From Leucoraja erinacea (lineage: Eukaryota): DNA of 64,000 bases. A program made the translations under genes and the position numbers. The stretch lies in assembly GCF_028641065.1 (NCBI RefSeq), contig NC_073379.1, positions 82,708,001 through 82,772,000 on the forward strand, read 5' to 3'. Below are positions 38,263-51,546 of the stretch, in pieces. The notes under the pieces are model-generated. The model saw nothing but the letters and a program-made list of their open reading frames with translations, made no database searches and had not been told where the DNA came from. Positions within the stretch are counted from its first letter, which is position 1. Every line of letters starts with the position of its first letter.

Positions 38263-38535
38263 TCAAAATATTTCCAGGTCATTACTATGATCAAGTTCAA
38301 TTACATCTTCTGGATCTAATGTTGATTTTTCCATCTGAACTTCTTCCGTATCTTCAACAGAAGCCAAGGCATCATTTGTGTCACTAGCAAAAGTCTCTCG
38401 TGAAGCGTCATCATCCATTTGCAAATTCAGCTCTTTAATTGCCTGCTTCATCTTTTTTCCAATTATGTGGCGCCTCCTCTTTTTCGCTGCTTTTTTGGAA
38501 TTATATTCCCTCTGATTTTCATCATAAAATATTTC
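38263..38535 (-). CDS. PHAX: PHAX coding exon 5 (last)
   Basis: EIFYDENQREYNSKKAAKKRR..KKMKQAIKELNLQMDDDASRETFASDTN..ELDHSNDLEIF*; cag acceptor. Confidence 0.95.
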   Translation of the reverse strand, partial: EIFYDENQREYNSKKAAKKRRRHIIGKKMKQAIKELNLQMDDDASRETFASDTNDALASVEDTEEVQMEKSTLDPEDVIELDHSNDLEIF

Positions 38536-38783
38536 CTGTTGATGTAAATCAAGAGATGCTTTTATTTTTAGATAAGTACAGTTTAAGCCTTCTTGCTACG
38601 GGGGAAAAAATGATCCATTTTGCATTTTTTAAATAACGCTTTGAGAGTTTAACCACTTGATTAACAGAAAATCACTCAATGGAATCCAAGTTCTGGAATA
38701 GAGAGAGGGAGTGGTGTCAGAGGAAAGGTATGAGAAGTTTGGAGATAGAGATTAGTGCAAGGCCATGAATGGATTTGAATAGA

Positions 38784-38953
38784 TGTTGAACACATCTGCC
38801 ATTTCCTTATACTTATAGAAGCTCAATACATGCTGCAACATGGTTCTTGAAGTTTCAGAGCAAGTGTGGGCACTATGCAAGAGACTATTCTTAGCATTAA
38901 AACGTGGCCGGTAACTGAAATGGCATCTACCAGAGTAGCCTAACGCTGTTAAT
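38784..38953. repeat. Inverted-repeat arm in PHAX intron 4 (partner 40447-40616)
   Basis: 170 bp, two mismatches on manual comparison. Confidence 0.95.
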
Positions 38954-39309
38954 ACATGTACACCTCTGCAGTTCTTCCCATATAAAGATTAGAGGTTATG
39001 TGATGAGGAAGCAAAATTTCACATCCACACTGTAGTCTGCACTAGATTGGCTCACATATATCAGGAACAAAAATGCCCAGACAATAGAGCACCCATCGTC
39101 TCCCATGACGTGGCGGTGGAGTGCAGTGATTATGAAAAGTAAAGCAAAACATTTTCATTTCAATTACTATTGCCTCCTAGTGTTTCTATTTATGCAAGTG
39201 GTAAGTTAAAAGAAAAAATATTGACCATTTTTAAATGTATTCATTTAATTATTTTTAATTTATTTATAAAATTATTACATTAATAACCAAAAAATATTTA
39301 ATCACTGAC

Positions 39310-39393
39310 CTTTATTTGGTCTTGAGTGATACTTGGAGTACTTTTCAACAACTGTAGGTAAACACCACCAGGTGTTCTTCTGCGACTGCCATC
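39310..39393 (-). CDS. PHAX: PHAX coding exon 4
   Basis: DGSRRRTPGGVYLQLLKSTPSITQDQIK (RNA-binding domain RRTPGGV); 84 nt, ag/gt. Confidence 0.97.
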
Positions 39394-39743
39394 CTGTAGA
39401 GAAGAAACAAATTTGGAGCAATGCCTTTAGTTTTAAAGTGGGTGAAATTCTATTAATGAAAACCAATTATCTTAACTGCCACACTTCCCTATTACCACGT
39501 CTCCTTGGAGCAAGTCTCTTCCACAAGCTATCACTTGCAACACAATAAAAATAACATTGCAAGGAAGACATATTGGCACCATTATTTCTCCCAAACTCGA
39601 AAGTGCAGACGCCAAATATAACTCTCCCATCATTAACGGGCAATACTGCTTAACTGAACAGACTTTACAGATGTTTTTAGTTATCACTGAAATAGGTTGT
39701 ATTTGACAAATCATTACAAAGAAATAGAAAAACTGTTACTTAC

Positions 39744-39864
39744 AACAATCATGAGTCCGCCATTCTGCTCAACCTCAGCTGTTTGCACCAAGAGTTCTAT
39801 TGCTTTCTTCTTCCCGATGGCTGTTACAACCCTTTGAATCAAGGCAGTTTTTGGCTCTCGGAGT
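39744..39864 (-). CDS. PHAX: PHAX coding exon 3
   Basis: LREPKTALIQRVVTAIGKKKAIELLVQTAEVEQNGGLMIV; 121 nt, phase 2 to 0. Confidence 0.97.
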
Positions 39865-40446
39865 CTGAAAATTGAAATAAAAAATTGAGAGCAGCTTTCT
39901 ACATCACTTATTTAACAACATTTATATTCATCAAAGCAATTAATTATGCTGAGGTCAAATTATGGATAGGGCACATTTTTTAAAATTATTTTCTGCAAAT
40001 GATAATAAACATATGAGCTCCAAACTTGAGTGACCTGGTCTCTATCCCCTCCAAAACAAAGGTCAGGTCAATGCGCCAGATATATTATAACTGTCTTAGC
40101 GAAATACATTTTTTGTTCTTGATAATATAAATAAACAGCATACAACTGCAATTGTCCTCTCAAAATTAAAAAGCAGAACTACTTACAGATGTCCACAATC
40201 ACAGTTTTCCAGGCCTGAAATGTTATAACTTAACTGTGAATATAGTGCAACACCACACTGACTAGTGACTTTTCTTGGTAGTGAGGAAGCGAGTTCTTTG
40301 GAGATACGATACAGACATATTGAAACTATGGAGCATTCTCTGAAGATTGTACTGAACCCAGCATGTTAATGTAATCACGATGAAAGCTCACCAATGCCAC
40401 CTCTTCCTTAGATTTGACATGTGGCCAAATATCTATTGAAATGTGC

Positions 40447-40616
40447 ATTAACAGCGTTAGGCTACTCTGGTAGATGCCATTTCAGTTACCAGCCACGTTT
40501 TAATGCTAAGAATAGTCTCTTGCATAGTGCCCACACTTGCTCTGAAACTTCAAAAACCATGTTGCAGCATGTATTGAGCTTCTATAAGTATAAGGAAATG
40601 GCAGATGTGTTCAACA
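40447..40616. repeat. Inverted-repeat arm in PHAX intron 2 (partner 38784-38953)
   Basis: Reverse complement of 38784-38953; overlaps the CR1 5' junction. Confidence 0.95.
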
Positions 40617-42290
40617 GGTACTTTGGCTTGTCTTCACTAAAGAGAACACAAACAATCTTCCTGATCTACTAGGGGCCAGAGGATCTAGGGTGGCGGAGGA
40701 ACTGAAGGAGATTCACATTAGGCAGGAAATGGTGTTGGGTAGACTGATGGTCTGGATCCCAGGGTGCTTAAGGAAGTGGCTCCCAGGGTACTTAAGGAAG
40801 GAAATCGTGAACGCATTGGTGATAATTTTCCAATGTTCTTATAGATTCAGGATCAGTTCCTGTGGATTGGAGGGTAGCTAATTTTATCACACTTTTTAAG
40901 AAGGGCGGCAGAGAGAAAACATGGAATTATAGACCTGTTAGCCTGACATCGGTGGTGGGGAAGATGCTGGAGTCAATAATAAAAGATGAAATAGCAGCAC
41001 ATTTGAATGGCAGTAGCAGGATTGGTCTGAGTTAGCATGGATTTACGAAGAGGGAATCATCTAATCTTCTGGAATCTTTTGAAGATGTAACCAGGATAAT
41101 GGACAAGGGAGAGCCGGTGGATGTAGTGTACCTGGACTTTCAGAAAGCATTTGATAAGGTCCCACATTGGAGATTAGTGGGCAAAATTAGAGCACATGGT
41201 ATTTGGGGTAGGGTGCTGACATGGATAGAAAATTGTTTGGCAGGCGGGAAACAAAGAGTAGGAATTAACAGGTCCGTTTCAGAATGGCAGGCAGTGACTA
41301 GTGGGGTACCGCAAGGCTCGGTGCTGGGACCACAGCTATTTACAATATATATTAATGATTTGGATGAGGGGATTAAAAGTAAAAATAGCAAATTTGCAGA
41401 TGACACAAAGCTGGGTGGTGGTGTGAACTGTGAGGAGGATGCTATGAGGATGCAGGGTGACTTGGACAGGTTGGGTGAGTGGGCAGATGCATGGCAGATG
41501 CAGTTCAATGTGGATAAATGTGAGGTTATCCACTTTGGTGGCAAAATCAGGAAGGCAGATTACTATCTAAATGGTGTCAAATTGGGAAATGGGGAAGTAC
41601 AACGGGATCTGGGGGTCCTTGTACATCAGTCTATGAAAGTAAGCATGCAGGTATAGCAGGCAGTGAAGAAAGCGAATGGCATGTTGGCCTTCATAACAAG
41701 AGTTGAGCATAGGAGCAAAGAGGTCATCCTGTTGTTGTACAGGGCCGTAGTGGAGTATTGTGTGCAGTTTTGGTCTCCAAACTTGAGGAAGGACATTCTT
41801 GCTATTGAGGGAGTGCGGCGTAGGTTCACAAGGTTAATTCCCGGGATGGCGGGACTGTCATATGTCGATAGATTGGAGCGGCTAGGCTTGTATACTCTGG
41901 AATTTAGGATGAGAGATCTTATTGAAACATATAAGATTATTAAGGGTTTGGACACGCTAGAGGCAGGAAATATGTTCCCAATGTTGGGGGAGTCCAGAAC
42001 CAGGGGCCATAGTTTAAGAATAAGTGGCAAGCCATTTAGAACGGAGATTAGAAAAAGCTTTTTCACACAAAGAGTTGTGAGTGTGTGGAATTCTCTGCCT
42101 CAGTGGGCGGTGGAGGCTGGTTCTCTGGATGCTTTCAAGAGAGGGTTAGATAGAGCTCTTAGGGATAGCAGAGTTAAGGGATATGGAGAGAAGGCAGGAA
42201 CAGGGTACTGATTGTGGATGATCAGCCATGATCACATTGAATGACGGTGCTGGCTTGAAGGGCCAAATGGCCTACTCCTGCACCTATTGT
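40592..42290 (+). mobile_element. 5'-truncated CR1
   Basis: ORFs 41099..41656 and 41663..42211. Confidence 0.92.
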
Positions 42291-42294
42291 AATG

Positions 42295-42965
42295 TGGAGA
42301 GCAGACTGACTAGTTGCATCATGGTCTGATTAGAAAATTCAAACATCTAAGAATGAAGGAGGCTGCAGAAAGTGATGGGACATTGCCTCGTGCATCACGG
42401 GTACTGACTTCCCATCATCAAATTGATCTGCAGGAAGATTTCATTACCACCAGGTTAAAGAACACCTTCCTCCCATCCACCTTTTTTGAACTATCCCGCA
42501 CAACTCCAATCACAACCATACCTCAACACTGAGGACTGCAGGACTAAGATTGCTCTACGTAATTTGGTGTTTGCAATAACATTGTCTAGTTTACTTAGAT
42601 TAACTCACTCCGGACACTGCCTCTACTCCCCTCTGCCATCAGGCAAGATGTACAGAAGTGCGAAAATGCATACCTCCAGATTCAGGGATAGTTTCTTCCA
42701 AGCTGTTATTTGGCAACTGAACCATCCTATCACCAACTAGAGAACAGTTCTGACCTACAATCTATCTCGTTAGAGACCCTCAGACTATCTTTAATCAGAC
42801 TTTACTGGACTTTACCTTGCACTAAACGTTATTCCCTTTATCCTATATCTGCACGCTGTGGTTGGCTTGAGTGTAATCATGTATACTCTTTCCGCTGACT
42901 GGATAGCATGTAACAGCAAAGCTTTTCACTGTACGTCAGTACACCTGACAATAAACTAAACTAAC
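42295..42965 (+). mobile_element. Rex1/Babar-type 3' fragments
   Basis: HSGHCLYSPLPSGKMYRS..TSRFRDSFF; tgacaataaactaaac tail. Confidence 0.65.
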
Positions 42966-43319
42966 TTGTTATATGTTAAATTTGTTATTGTTGCATTTTA
43001 TGCACCATTAAAGCTGCAGCAAGTATTTAATTGTTCCGGTTCATATATTGTGTGCATGACAAATAAATACTCTTGAACACTTGATTTATCATCCCGACAT
43101 GTTATTTGGAACACGAGTGATCTAACAGATGGGATTTGGTATTCTTAGCTTTAGGCAAGCCTAATCACAAACCTTTACCAATTTGAACTCAAATCTTCTC
43201 ATCTTAATTAAGCAGAATGTGCAGTTCACAATATCTAGGAAAAATATTTTACCATATGCATAATATTAAAAAATAACAGATTTACTGTCCCACATGACCA
43301 TGGGACCAACTTGTTCATC

Positions 43320-45245
43320 CCAGTTTGGCAAAAGACTAAATCAGGGAAGGTAGTGCATCCGTGGATAACACGGGAAATCAGGGATAGTATCAAAACAAAA
43401 GATGAATAATACAAATTAGCCAGAAAAAGCAGCCTACCAGAGGACTGGGAGAAAGTCAGAGTCCAGCAGAGGAAGACAACGGGCTTAATTAGGAAAGGGA
43501 AGATAGATTATGAAAGAAAACTGGAAGGGAACATAAAAACCGACTACAAAAGTTTTTATAGACATGTGAAGAGAAAAAGATTAGTTAAAACAAATGTAGG
43601 TCCCTTGCAGTCAGAAACAGGTGAATTGATCATGGGGAACAAGGACATGGCAGACCAATTGAATAACTACTTTGGTTCTGTCTTCACTAAGGAAGACATA
43701 AATAATTTGCCAGAAATAGCAGGGGTCCGGGGGTCTAATGAGATGGAACTGAGTGAAATCCAGGTTAGCCGGGAAGTGGTGTTAGGTAAATTGAATGGAT
43801 TAAAGGCCGATAAATCCCCAGGGCCAGATAGGCTGTATCCAAGAGTACTTGAGGAAGTAGCCCCAGAAATAGTGGATGCATTAGTGATAATTTTTCAAAA
43901 CGTTTTGGATTCTGGAGTAGTTCCTGAGGATTGGAGGGTAGCTAATGTAACCCCACTTTTTAAAAAGGGAGGGAAAGAGAAAATGGGGAATTACAGACCA
44001 GTTAGCGTAACATCAGTAGTGGGGAAACTGCTGGAGTCAGTTATTAAAGATGGAATTGCAGCACATTTGGAAAGTGGTGAAATCATTGGATAAAATCAGC
44101 ATGGATTTATGAAAGGTAAATCATGTCTGACGAATCTTATAGAATTTTTCGAGGATGTAACTAGTAGAGTGGATGAGGGAGAACCAGTGGATGTGTTATA
44201 TCTGGACTTTCAGAAGGCTTTCGGCAAGGTCCCACATAAGAGATTAGTATGCAACCTTAAAGCATATGGAATAGTGGGTTCAGTATTGCTGTGGATAGAG
44301 AACTGGCTGGCAGACAGGAAGTAAAGAGTAGAAGTAAACGGGTCCTTTTCAGAATGGCAGGCATTGATTAGTGGGGTACCGCAAGGCTCGGTGCTGGGAC
44401 CCCAGCTATTTACAATATATATTAATGATTTGGACAAGGGAATTGAATGCAACATCTCCAAGTTTGCGGATGACACAAAGCTGGGGGGCAGTGTTAGCTG
44501 TGAGGAGGATGCTAAGAGGCTGCAAGGTGACTTGGATAGGCTGGGTGAGTGGGCAAATGCATGGCAGATGCAGTATAATGTGGATAAATGTGAGGTTATC
44601 CACTTTGGTGGCAAAAACAGGAAAGTAGACTATTAACTGAATGGTGGCCGATTAGGAAAAGGGGAGATGCAACGAGACCTGGGTGTCATGGTACACCAGT
44701 CATTGAAAGTAGGAATGCAGGTGCAGCAGGCAGTGAAGAAACCAAATGGTATGTTAGTATTCATAGCAAAAGGATTTGAGTATAAGAGCAGGAAGGTTCT
44801 ACTGCAGTTGTACAGGGTATTGGTGAGACCACACCTGGAGTATTGCGTACAGTTTTGGTCTCCTAATCTGAGGAAAGACATTCTTGCCATAGAGGGAGTA
44901 CAAAGAAGGTTCACCAGACTGATTCCTGGGATGGCAGGACTTTCATATGAAAAAAGACTAGACTCGGCTTGTACTCGCTAGAATTTAGAAGATTGAGGGG
45001 GGATCTTATAGAAACTTACAAAATTCTTAAGGGGTTGGACAGGCTAGATGCAGGAAGATTGTTCCCGATGTTGGGCAAGTCCAGAACAAGGGGTCACAAT
45101 TTAAGGATAAGGGGGAAGTCTTTTAGGACCGAGATGCGATGAACATTTTTCACACAGTGGTGAATCTCTGGAATTCTCTGTCACAGAAGGCAGTTGAGGC
45201 CAGTTCATTGGCTATATTTAAGAGGGTGGTAGATGTGGCCCTTAT
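43320..45245 (+). mobile_element. 5'-truncated CR1 (same subfamily as 25999-28008)
   Basis: ORFs 43566..44981, with stops. Confidence 0.92.
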
Positions 45246-46555
45246 GGGGGGTGGGGGAGGAAGAAGCCAGGTTCAGTTTATTCTTGTTATCTTCTTTTTC
45301 TGATTAGATTTTAAGACATCAGAGGTTGGATAATGAACAGTACACCTGTATAAAATATTTGGAGCCTCGCAGAACCTGAAGACCTAAACCTTTGCCAAAC
45401 TGCTTCAAATTTTCCTGCCGAGTTCTCGATGTCCTTGTCAATAAGTATATCTCAAAAGAACATCACAGAAACAGATTATCTTCTAATTCATTTCACTGTT
45501 TATCATAACTTTGTTATTTGGATGCATTATAATTGATTGGTCATTTGCATTTGTAATTTGCAATTAATATATTACTTTATTTGGCATTACGGGTAATTAA
45601 AGTGATTACCTGCCAAATAATGAAAGGCCGACCGAGTGGATGTGGAGAGGATGTTTTCATTAGTGGGAGAGTCTTGGATCAGAGGGCACAGCCTTATAAT
45701 AAAAGGATGTATGTTTAGAATGGAGATCAGGAGGAATTTCTTTATCCGGAAGGCACTAAATCCGTGGAATTCATTGCCACAGACGGCCAAGTCATTGGAT
45801 ATTTTTAGTAGAGATTCACTGGTTCTTGAATTAAAAGGGCGTCAAAGGTTACGGGGAGAAGGCAGTTGAATGGGGTTGAGAGGGAAAAATAGATCACCCA
45901 TGATCGAATGGCGGAGCAGACACGATGGGCTGAATTCTGCTCCTATGTCTTATAAGACTGAACATATATGCAACAGAGGGTGGGCAGAGTACGTTGGTAT
46001 GTACAAGCACTGTAGCGGAAGCATTGAAGTACATGCCTTGCCTTGTGAGGCCAAAAGCAAAAACAAAATGCTGAGCAATTTCTTAACCATCACATATTTA
46101 CTACTAACTGACCCATGTGTAGCAACTTTGAAAACACAATATATGGTCTATAAGATTCATGTGAAACATACCCACTTTTCAATTGTCTGATTTTCAGCTA
46201 TAGCATATTTGACATACGGCAGTAACTTATTGCCCATAAGAAATATTATAGGGTGTCCAGTGACCACTGTTGTGATCACTACCCAGTCCATCATCGGCTC
46301 TGACCTCCCCACCATCAAAGGATCTATCGCATCACTGCCTCAAAAAGGCTGCCAACATCATCAAAGACCCACACCATCCTGATCACACACTCATTTCACC
46401 GTTGCCAACGGGAAGAAGGTACAGGAGCCTGAAATCTGTAACATCCAGGTTTAGGAACCTTCTTCCCCACAGCCATCAGGCTATTAAACACAACATCAAA
46501 TCAGCTCTGAACATTAACAGTCTATTATTATTATTGCACTATATCTGTTTATTGC

Positions 46556-47055
46556 CTTGCCATAGAGGGAGTACAGAGAAGGTTCACCAGACTGATTCCT
46601 GGGATGTCAGGACTTTCATATGAAGAAAGACTGGATACACTTGGCTTGTACTCGCAAGAATTTAGAAGATTGAGGGGGGATCTTATAGAAACGTACAAAA
46701 TTCTTAAGGGGTTGAACAGGCTAGATGCAGGAAGATTGTTCCCAATGTTGGGGAAGTCCTGAACAAGAGGTCACAGTTTAAGGATAAGGGGTAAATATTT
46801 TAGGACCGAGATGAGGAAAACATTTTTCACACAGAGTGGTGAATCTCTGGAATTCTCTGCCACAAAAGGTAGTTGAGGCCAGTTCATTGGCTTTATTTAA
46901 GAGGGAGTTAGATGTGGCCCTTGTGGCTAAAGGGATCAGGGGGTATGGCGAGAAGGCAGGTACAGGATACTGAGTTGGATGATCAGCCATGATCATATTG
47001 CAGGCTCGAAGGGCCGAATGACCTACTCCTGCACCTATTTTCTATGTTTCTATGT
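46556..47055 (+). mobile_element. CR1 3' fragment, preceded by a Rex1 fragment (about 46280-46540)
   Basis: CR1 C-terminus and TTTCTATG tail. Confidence 0.88.
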
Positions 47056-47463
47056 CTGTTTCTATTTATTGTGTATATATGGTCAATGGTCTGTAGACAC
47101 ACTGAACTTTTATCTTCTGTTTTGTACTATGTTTACATAATCTATTGTGCAGCAAGTAAGAATTTAATTGTCCTATCTGGGACACATGACAATAAAACTC
47201 TCTTGACATTTTGATAGGCCACTTCCTGATCCTGCAAGAAATGTGCTCTATATTCTAGTATTACTGACTTCATTTGTCAAAGAGTAATAATAAAAAATAA
47301 ACAGGACAGAATCAAAATGTAATAACTCTTGCTTACACTGGACACGCCAAAGGCTCCGAGCACACTGAGCAGTGAAAAATATTGAGAGCCACATTAAATG
47401 TATCCAAACTGTTAATGGCACGTTAGCAACACGTATTTCCAACAGTGTTCAGCGCCAACTAAC

Positions 47464-48143
47464 CTGTGTGCTATTTCATCAGAAATCTTATCTGGACTAT
47501 CATCTTCTGTAATATCACATTTTCCTTTATAGTCCATTTCAAGTACTTCACCCAGACGCTCTTTGACAGGCCTTTTTCGCTTGAGGTTGTTGGGGTTACA
47601 TGCTTGCTGGCGATTGCTGCCCTTTCCATCCTGAACATAGTCATCCAATTCTTTTTCTAATTTAGTCATTTCCTTTTCTTCCTCCTCCTGACGTTCTTTT
47701 TCCATCATTTTCTTTGCCTGTACATAATTGTAAGTCTCAGACTGACGAGAATCCATGTCAATGTTGCCTTCCATTCCCAGAATTCCTAGCTCGGTTGCCA
47801 CGGCATCTTGATTTTGTTCTTGCAGCACAGAGCCCCAAATATTGTTAACTTTGCGACCAGCCGGTTTGGCAAAGTTGCCAGAAGGTGCAACACTTTCCCC
47901 ATCTGTGCCAAAAGGCATCACCGCTGATTTTGTACGCACATTCCCGCTGTGTGAACATTTCTGCCGTTTTCGCCGCAAGAGTCTTTCTTCTTCTTCAGAG
48001 TCTTGCTCACTGTCTTCGCTCGAGTTGTCAGATTCTATGATTTGGTAACGACTGCTCAAATCAAATGATGATGGACGAGGTTGAAAATCATCTTGCGCAG
48101 TAAACAGTATTGCAGGATAGTTGGGAAGAGCAGGTTGCTGAAT
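47464..48143 (-). CDS. PHAX: PHAX coding exon 2
   Basis: RRKRQKC, KVNNIWGSVLQEQNQDAVATELGILGMEG, SRQSETYNY, KRKRPVKERLG; donor ag|gttagt; acceptor at 48143 or 48137. Confidence 0.95.
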
Positions 48144-48804
48144 CTTTGAAAGAAGTAAAATACAATTAACAAGAATGAATATCTCAAACAATTTAATCAA
48201 TTATTTATTTTTCAGCCGTTTATGCCATGAGAGTAATCACTAGGTATTATTACATAATCTAACTATTGTCAATTTCTCCCTCCACTCTCTAATTTCTTAA
48301 CTTTATTTACCCCAAAATTCTTAAAATCATAATTTTCAAATATTTTGTTCATGCAAATTGTATGATAAACTGTGTAAGAAGGAACTGCAGATGTTGGTTT
48401 AAACCGAAGATAGACACAAAAAGCTGGAGTAACTCAGCGGGACAAACAGCATCTTTGGAAAGATGGAAAGGGGTGTCGTTTTGGGTTGAGACCCTGGTAT
48501 TTAACACCAAGATCTGGGGCAGGTAATCACAAGCTTGATCAAAGAGAAATTGTTAAGTGTCTTAAAAGATAGAGGCTTGGAGTGTGTTCAGGGAAAACAA
48601 TAATTTATAGTCTTGACATTTGACCATCAATGGTGGAGCAATCAAAATTAGTAATGTACATTATTTATAAGGAAACAGAAATGTTGAAATATTGCAGGAC
48701 TGAAAGGCATCGTGGAGGTACATGCACAAGTATCAATGAATAGATGAATAAATGAATATGGTAAAAGTATAGAAGAAAATGAAAACAGAAATTAAAGTAT
48801 TAGA

Positions 48805-50875
48805 AATCAAAGGTAGACAAAATTGCTAGAGAAACTCAGCGGTGAGGCAGCATCTATGGAGCGAATAGGTGACGTTTCTGGTCGAGACCCTTCTTCAGAC
48901 TGATGTGGGGGGGGGGGGGGGGGGGGGGGAGGAGGAAGAAAGGAAGAGGCGGAGACAGTGGGCTGTGGGAGAGCTGGGAAGGGGAGGGGAAGGAGGGAGA
49001 AAGCAAGGACTACCTGAAATTGAAGAAGTCAATGTACATACCGATGGGGTGTGAACTACCAAGCAAAATATGAGGTGCTGCTCCTCTAATTTGCAGTGGG
49101 ACTCACTCTGGCCATGGAGGAGGCCCAGGACAGAAAGGTCGGATTCGGAATGGGAGGGGGAGTTGAAGTGCTGAGCCACCAGGAGATCAGGTGGGTTAAT
49201 GCGAACTGAGCGGAGGTGTTGGGCGAAGCAATCGCTAAGCGTACGCTTGGTCTCACCGATGTAGAGCAGTTGACACCTAGAACAGCGGATGCATTAAATG
49301 AGGTTGGAGGAGGTGCATGAGAATCTCTGCCTGGAAAGACTGCTTGGGTCCTTGGATGGAATCGAGGGGGAGGTAAAGTGACAGGTGTAACATTTCCTGT
49401 GGTAGCAAAGGAAAGTACCAGGGGAGGGGGTGGTTTTGGGTGGGAAGGGACGAATTGACCAAGGAGTTACGGAGGGAGCAGTCTCTGCGGAAAGCGGAAA
49501 GGGGAGGAGATGAGAAGATGTGGCCAGTGGTGGGATCCCGTTGGAGGTGGCGAAAATGTCGGAGGATTATCTGTTGTATGTGATAGCTGGTAGGGTGGAA
49601 GGTGAGGACAAGGGGGACTCTGCCCTTGTTGCGAGTGGGGGGGATGGGGAGTGAGAGCGGAACTACGGGATATAGAGACCCTGGTGAGAGCGTCATCTAT
49701 AGTCGAAGAGGGGAACCCCCGTTCCCTAAAGAATGAGGACATCTCCGATGCACTGATTTGGAATAACTCATCCTGGGTGCAGATGCTTTAGGGAACGGGG
49801 GTTCTCCTCGACTACAGATGAGGCTGTCAACAGGTTCTCCTCTATATCCCGTAGTTCCGCTCTCACTCCCCATCCCCCCACTCCTCCAACCTCATTTAAT
49901 GCATCCGCTGTTCTAGGGGTCAACTGCTCTACATTGGTGAGACCAAGAGCAGGTTTGGCGATCGCTTCACCCAACACTTCCGCTCAGTTCGCATTAACCA
50001 ACCTGATCTCCCGGTGGCTCAGCACTTCAACTCCCCCTCCAATTCTGAATCCGACCTTTCTGTCCCGGTCCTCCTCAATGGCCAGAGTGAGTTCCACTGC
50101 AAATTGGAGGAGCAGCACCTCATATTTTGCTTTGGTAGTTTACACCCCAGCGGTATGAACATTGACCTCCAATTTCAGGTAATCCTTGCTTTCTCCCTCC
50201 TTCCCCTCCCCTTCCCAGCTCTCCCAAAGCATACTGTCTCCACCTCTTCCTTTCTTCTTCCTGCCCTGCCACCCCCACATCAGTCTGATATAAGGGTCTC
50301 GACCCAAAACGTCACCTATTCCTTTGCTCCATAGATGCTGCCTCACCCGCTGAGTTTCCTGGGATGTCAGGACTGTCATATGAAGAAAGACTGGATAGAC
50401 TCGGTTTGTACTCACTAGAATTTAGAAGATTGAGGGGGGAATCTTACAGAAACTTACAAAATTCTTAAGGGGTTGGACAAGCTAGATGCAGGAAGATTGT
50501 TCCCGATGTTGGGGAAGTCCAGAACAAGGGGTCACAGCTTAAGGATAAGGGGGAAATCTTTTAGGACCGAGATGAGAAAAACATTTTTCACACAGAGAGT
50601 GGTGAATCTGTGGAATCCTCTGCCACAGAAAGTAGTTGAGGCCAGTTCATTGGCTATATTTAAGAGACAATTAGATGTGGCCCTTGTGGCTAAAGGGATC
50701 AGGGGGTATGGAGAGAAGGCAGGTACAGGATACTGAGTTGGATGATCAGCCATGATCGTATTGAATGGCGGCGCAGGCTTGAAGGGCCAAATGGCCTACT
50801 CCTGCACCTATTTTCCATGTTTCTCCAGCAATTTTGCCTACCCTCGATTTTTCCAGCATCTGCAGTTCTTTCTTA
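48805..50875. mobile_element. Penelope fragment with an inverted second copy; CR1 fragment nested at about 50358-50822
   Basis: About 48830-49310 (minus) mirrors about 49885-50358 (plus); GIY-YIG C-terminal motifs on both strands. Confidence 0.85.
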
Positions 50876-51368
50876 AATATTAGAAATATTAGAAAGGTGG
50901 TCCTCGGGATAGACGGGGAAAAAGGCAGCAAAGTTGCAAAATGATTTACGCATGGGCTGGATTACCATATCCATAGTATACATTTCTTTAATCAGATAAT
51001 TTATTTATCAATGTTCTGATAAATGCAAATGGTAAATGCTAAATCTTAATTGTAGAATTCAAACATGGAACTGAAATTTCAACATGGATAATGGGAAAAT
51101 GTATCGGGGGGGGGGGGGGGTCTACAAAGATAGGGATTGTATTTGAGAAAGGGATGGTGTGTTCCCGGCATGATACATGTGTAGACATCAAACATAATGA
51201 ATGGCAGCTCTTGTTCGCATTGCCTGGGCCCTTCTCACCTCCACGTGTGGGGTAGGTAGGTAGGCAGCGGCTTTACCGGGAGAGCCTCCTCCTGCAGCCT
51301 CGCAGCTGCACCAGGCCGCGCTCCCGGCACAGCGCTGCAGCACCGCACACACCGCGCCTCTCCCGTAC

Positions 51369-51458
51369 CTGTTGGTCGGCGCCGGTCGTCATCTCAGAGT
51401 CCGAGTCCGACTCCGAATCCGAGTCCAGCACCTCGCCATCTTCCAGCGAAGCCGCCAT
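51369..51458 (-). CDS. PHAX: PHAX coding exon 1
   Basis: MAASLEDGEVLDSDSESDSDSEMTTGADQQ, cag|gtacgg donor; five exons sum to 1248 nt (415 aa plus stop). Confidence 0.93.
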
Positions 51459-51500
51459 CACTTCACCCTCGCCTCCAGACAAGCTCTGGGGATGTGGGGA

Positions 51501-51510
51501 CACTTCCGGT
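51501..51510 (-). promoter_or_regulatory. ETS (GABPA/ELK-type) motif ACCGGAAGTG upstream of the PHAX ATG
   Basis: Consensus ETS site in CpG-rich sequence about 45 nt from the ATG. Confidence 0.5.
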
Positions 51511-51546
51511 GTCCGGGTCCCGCCTTTATCACATCCCACCGCGGTG

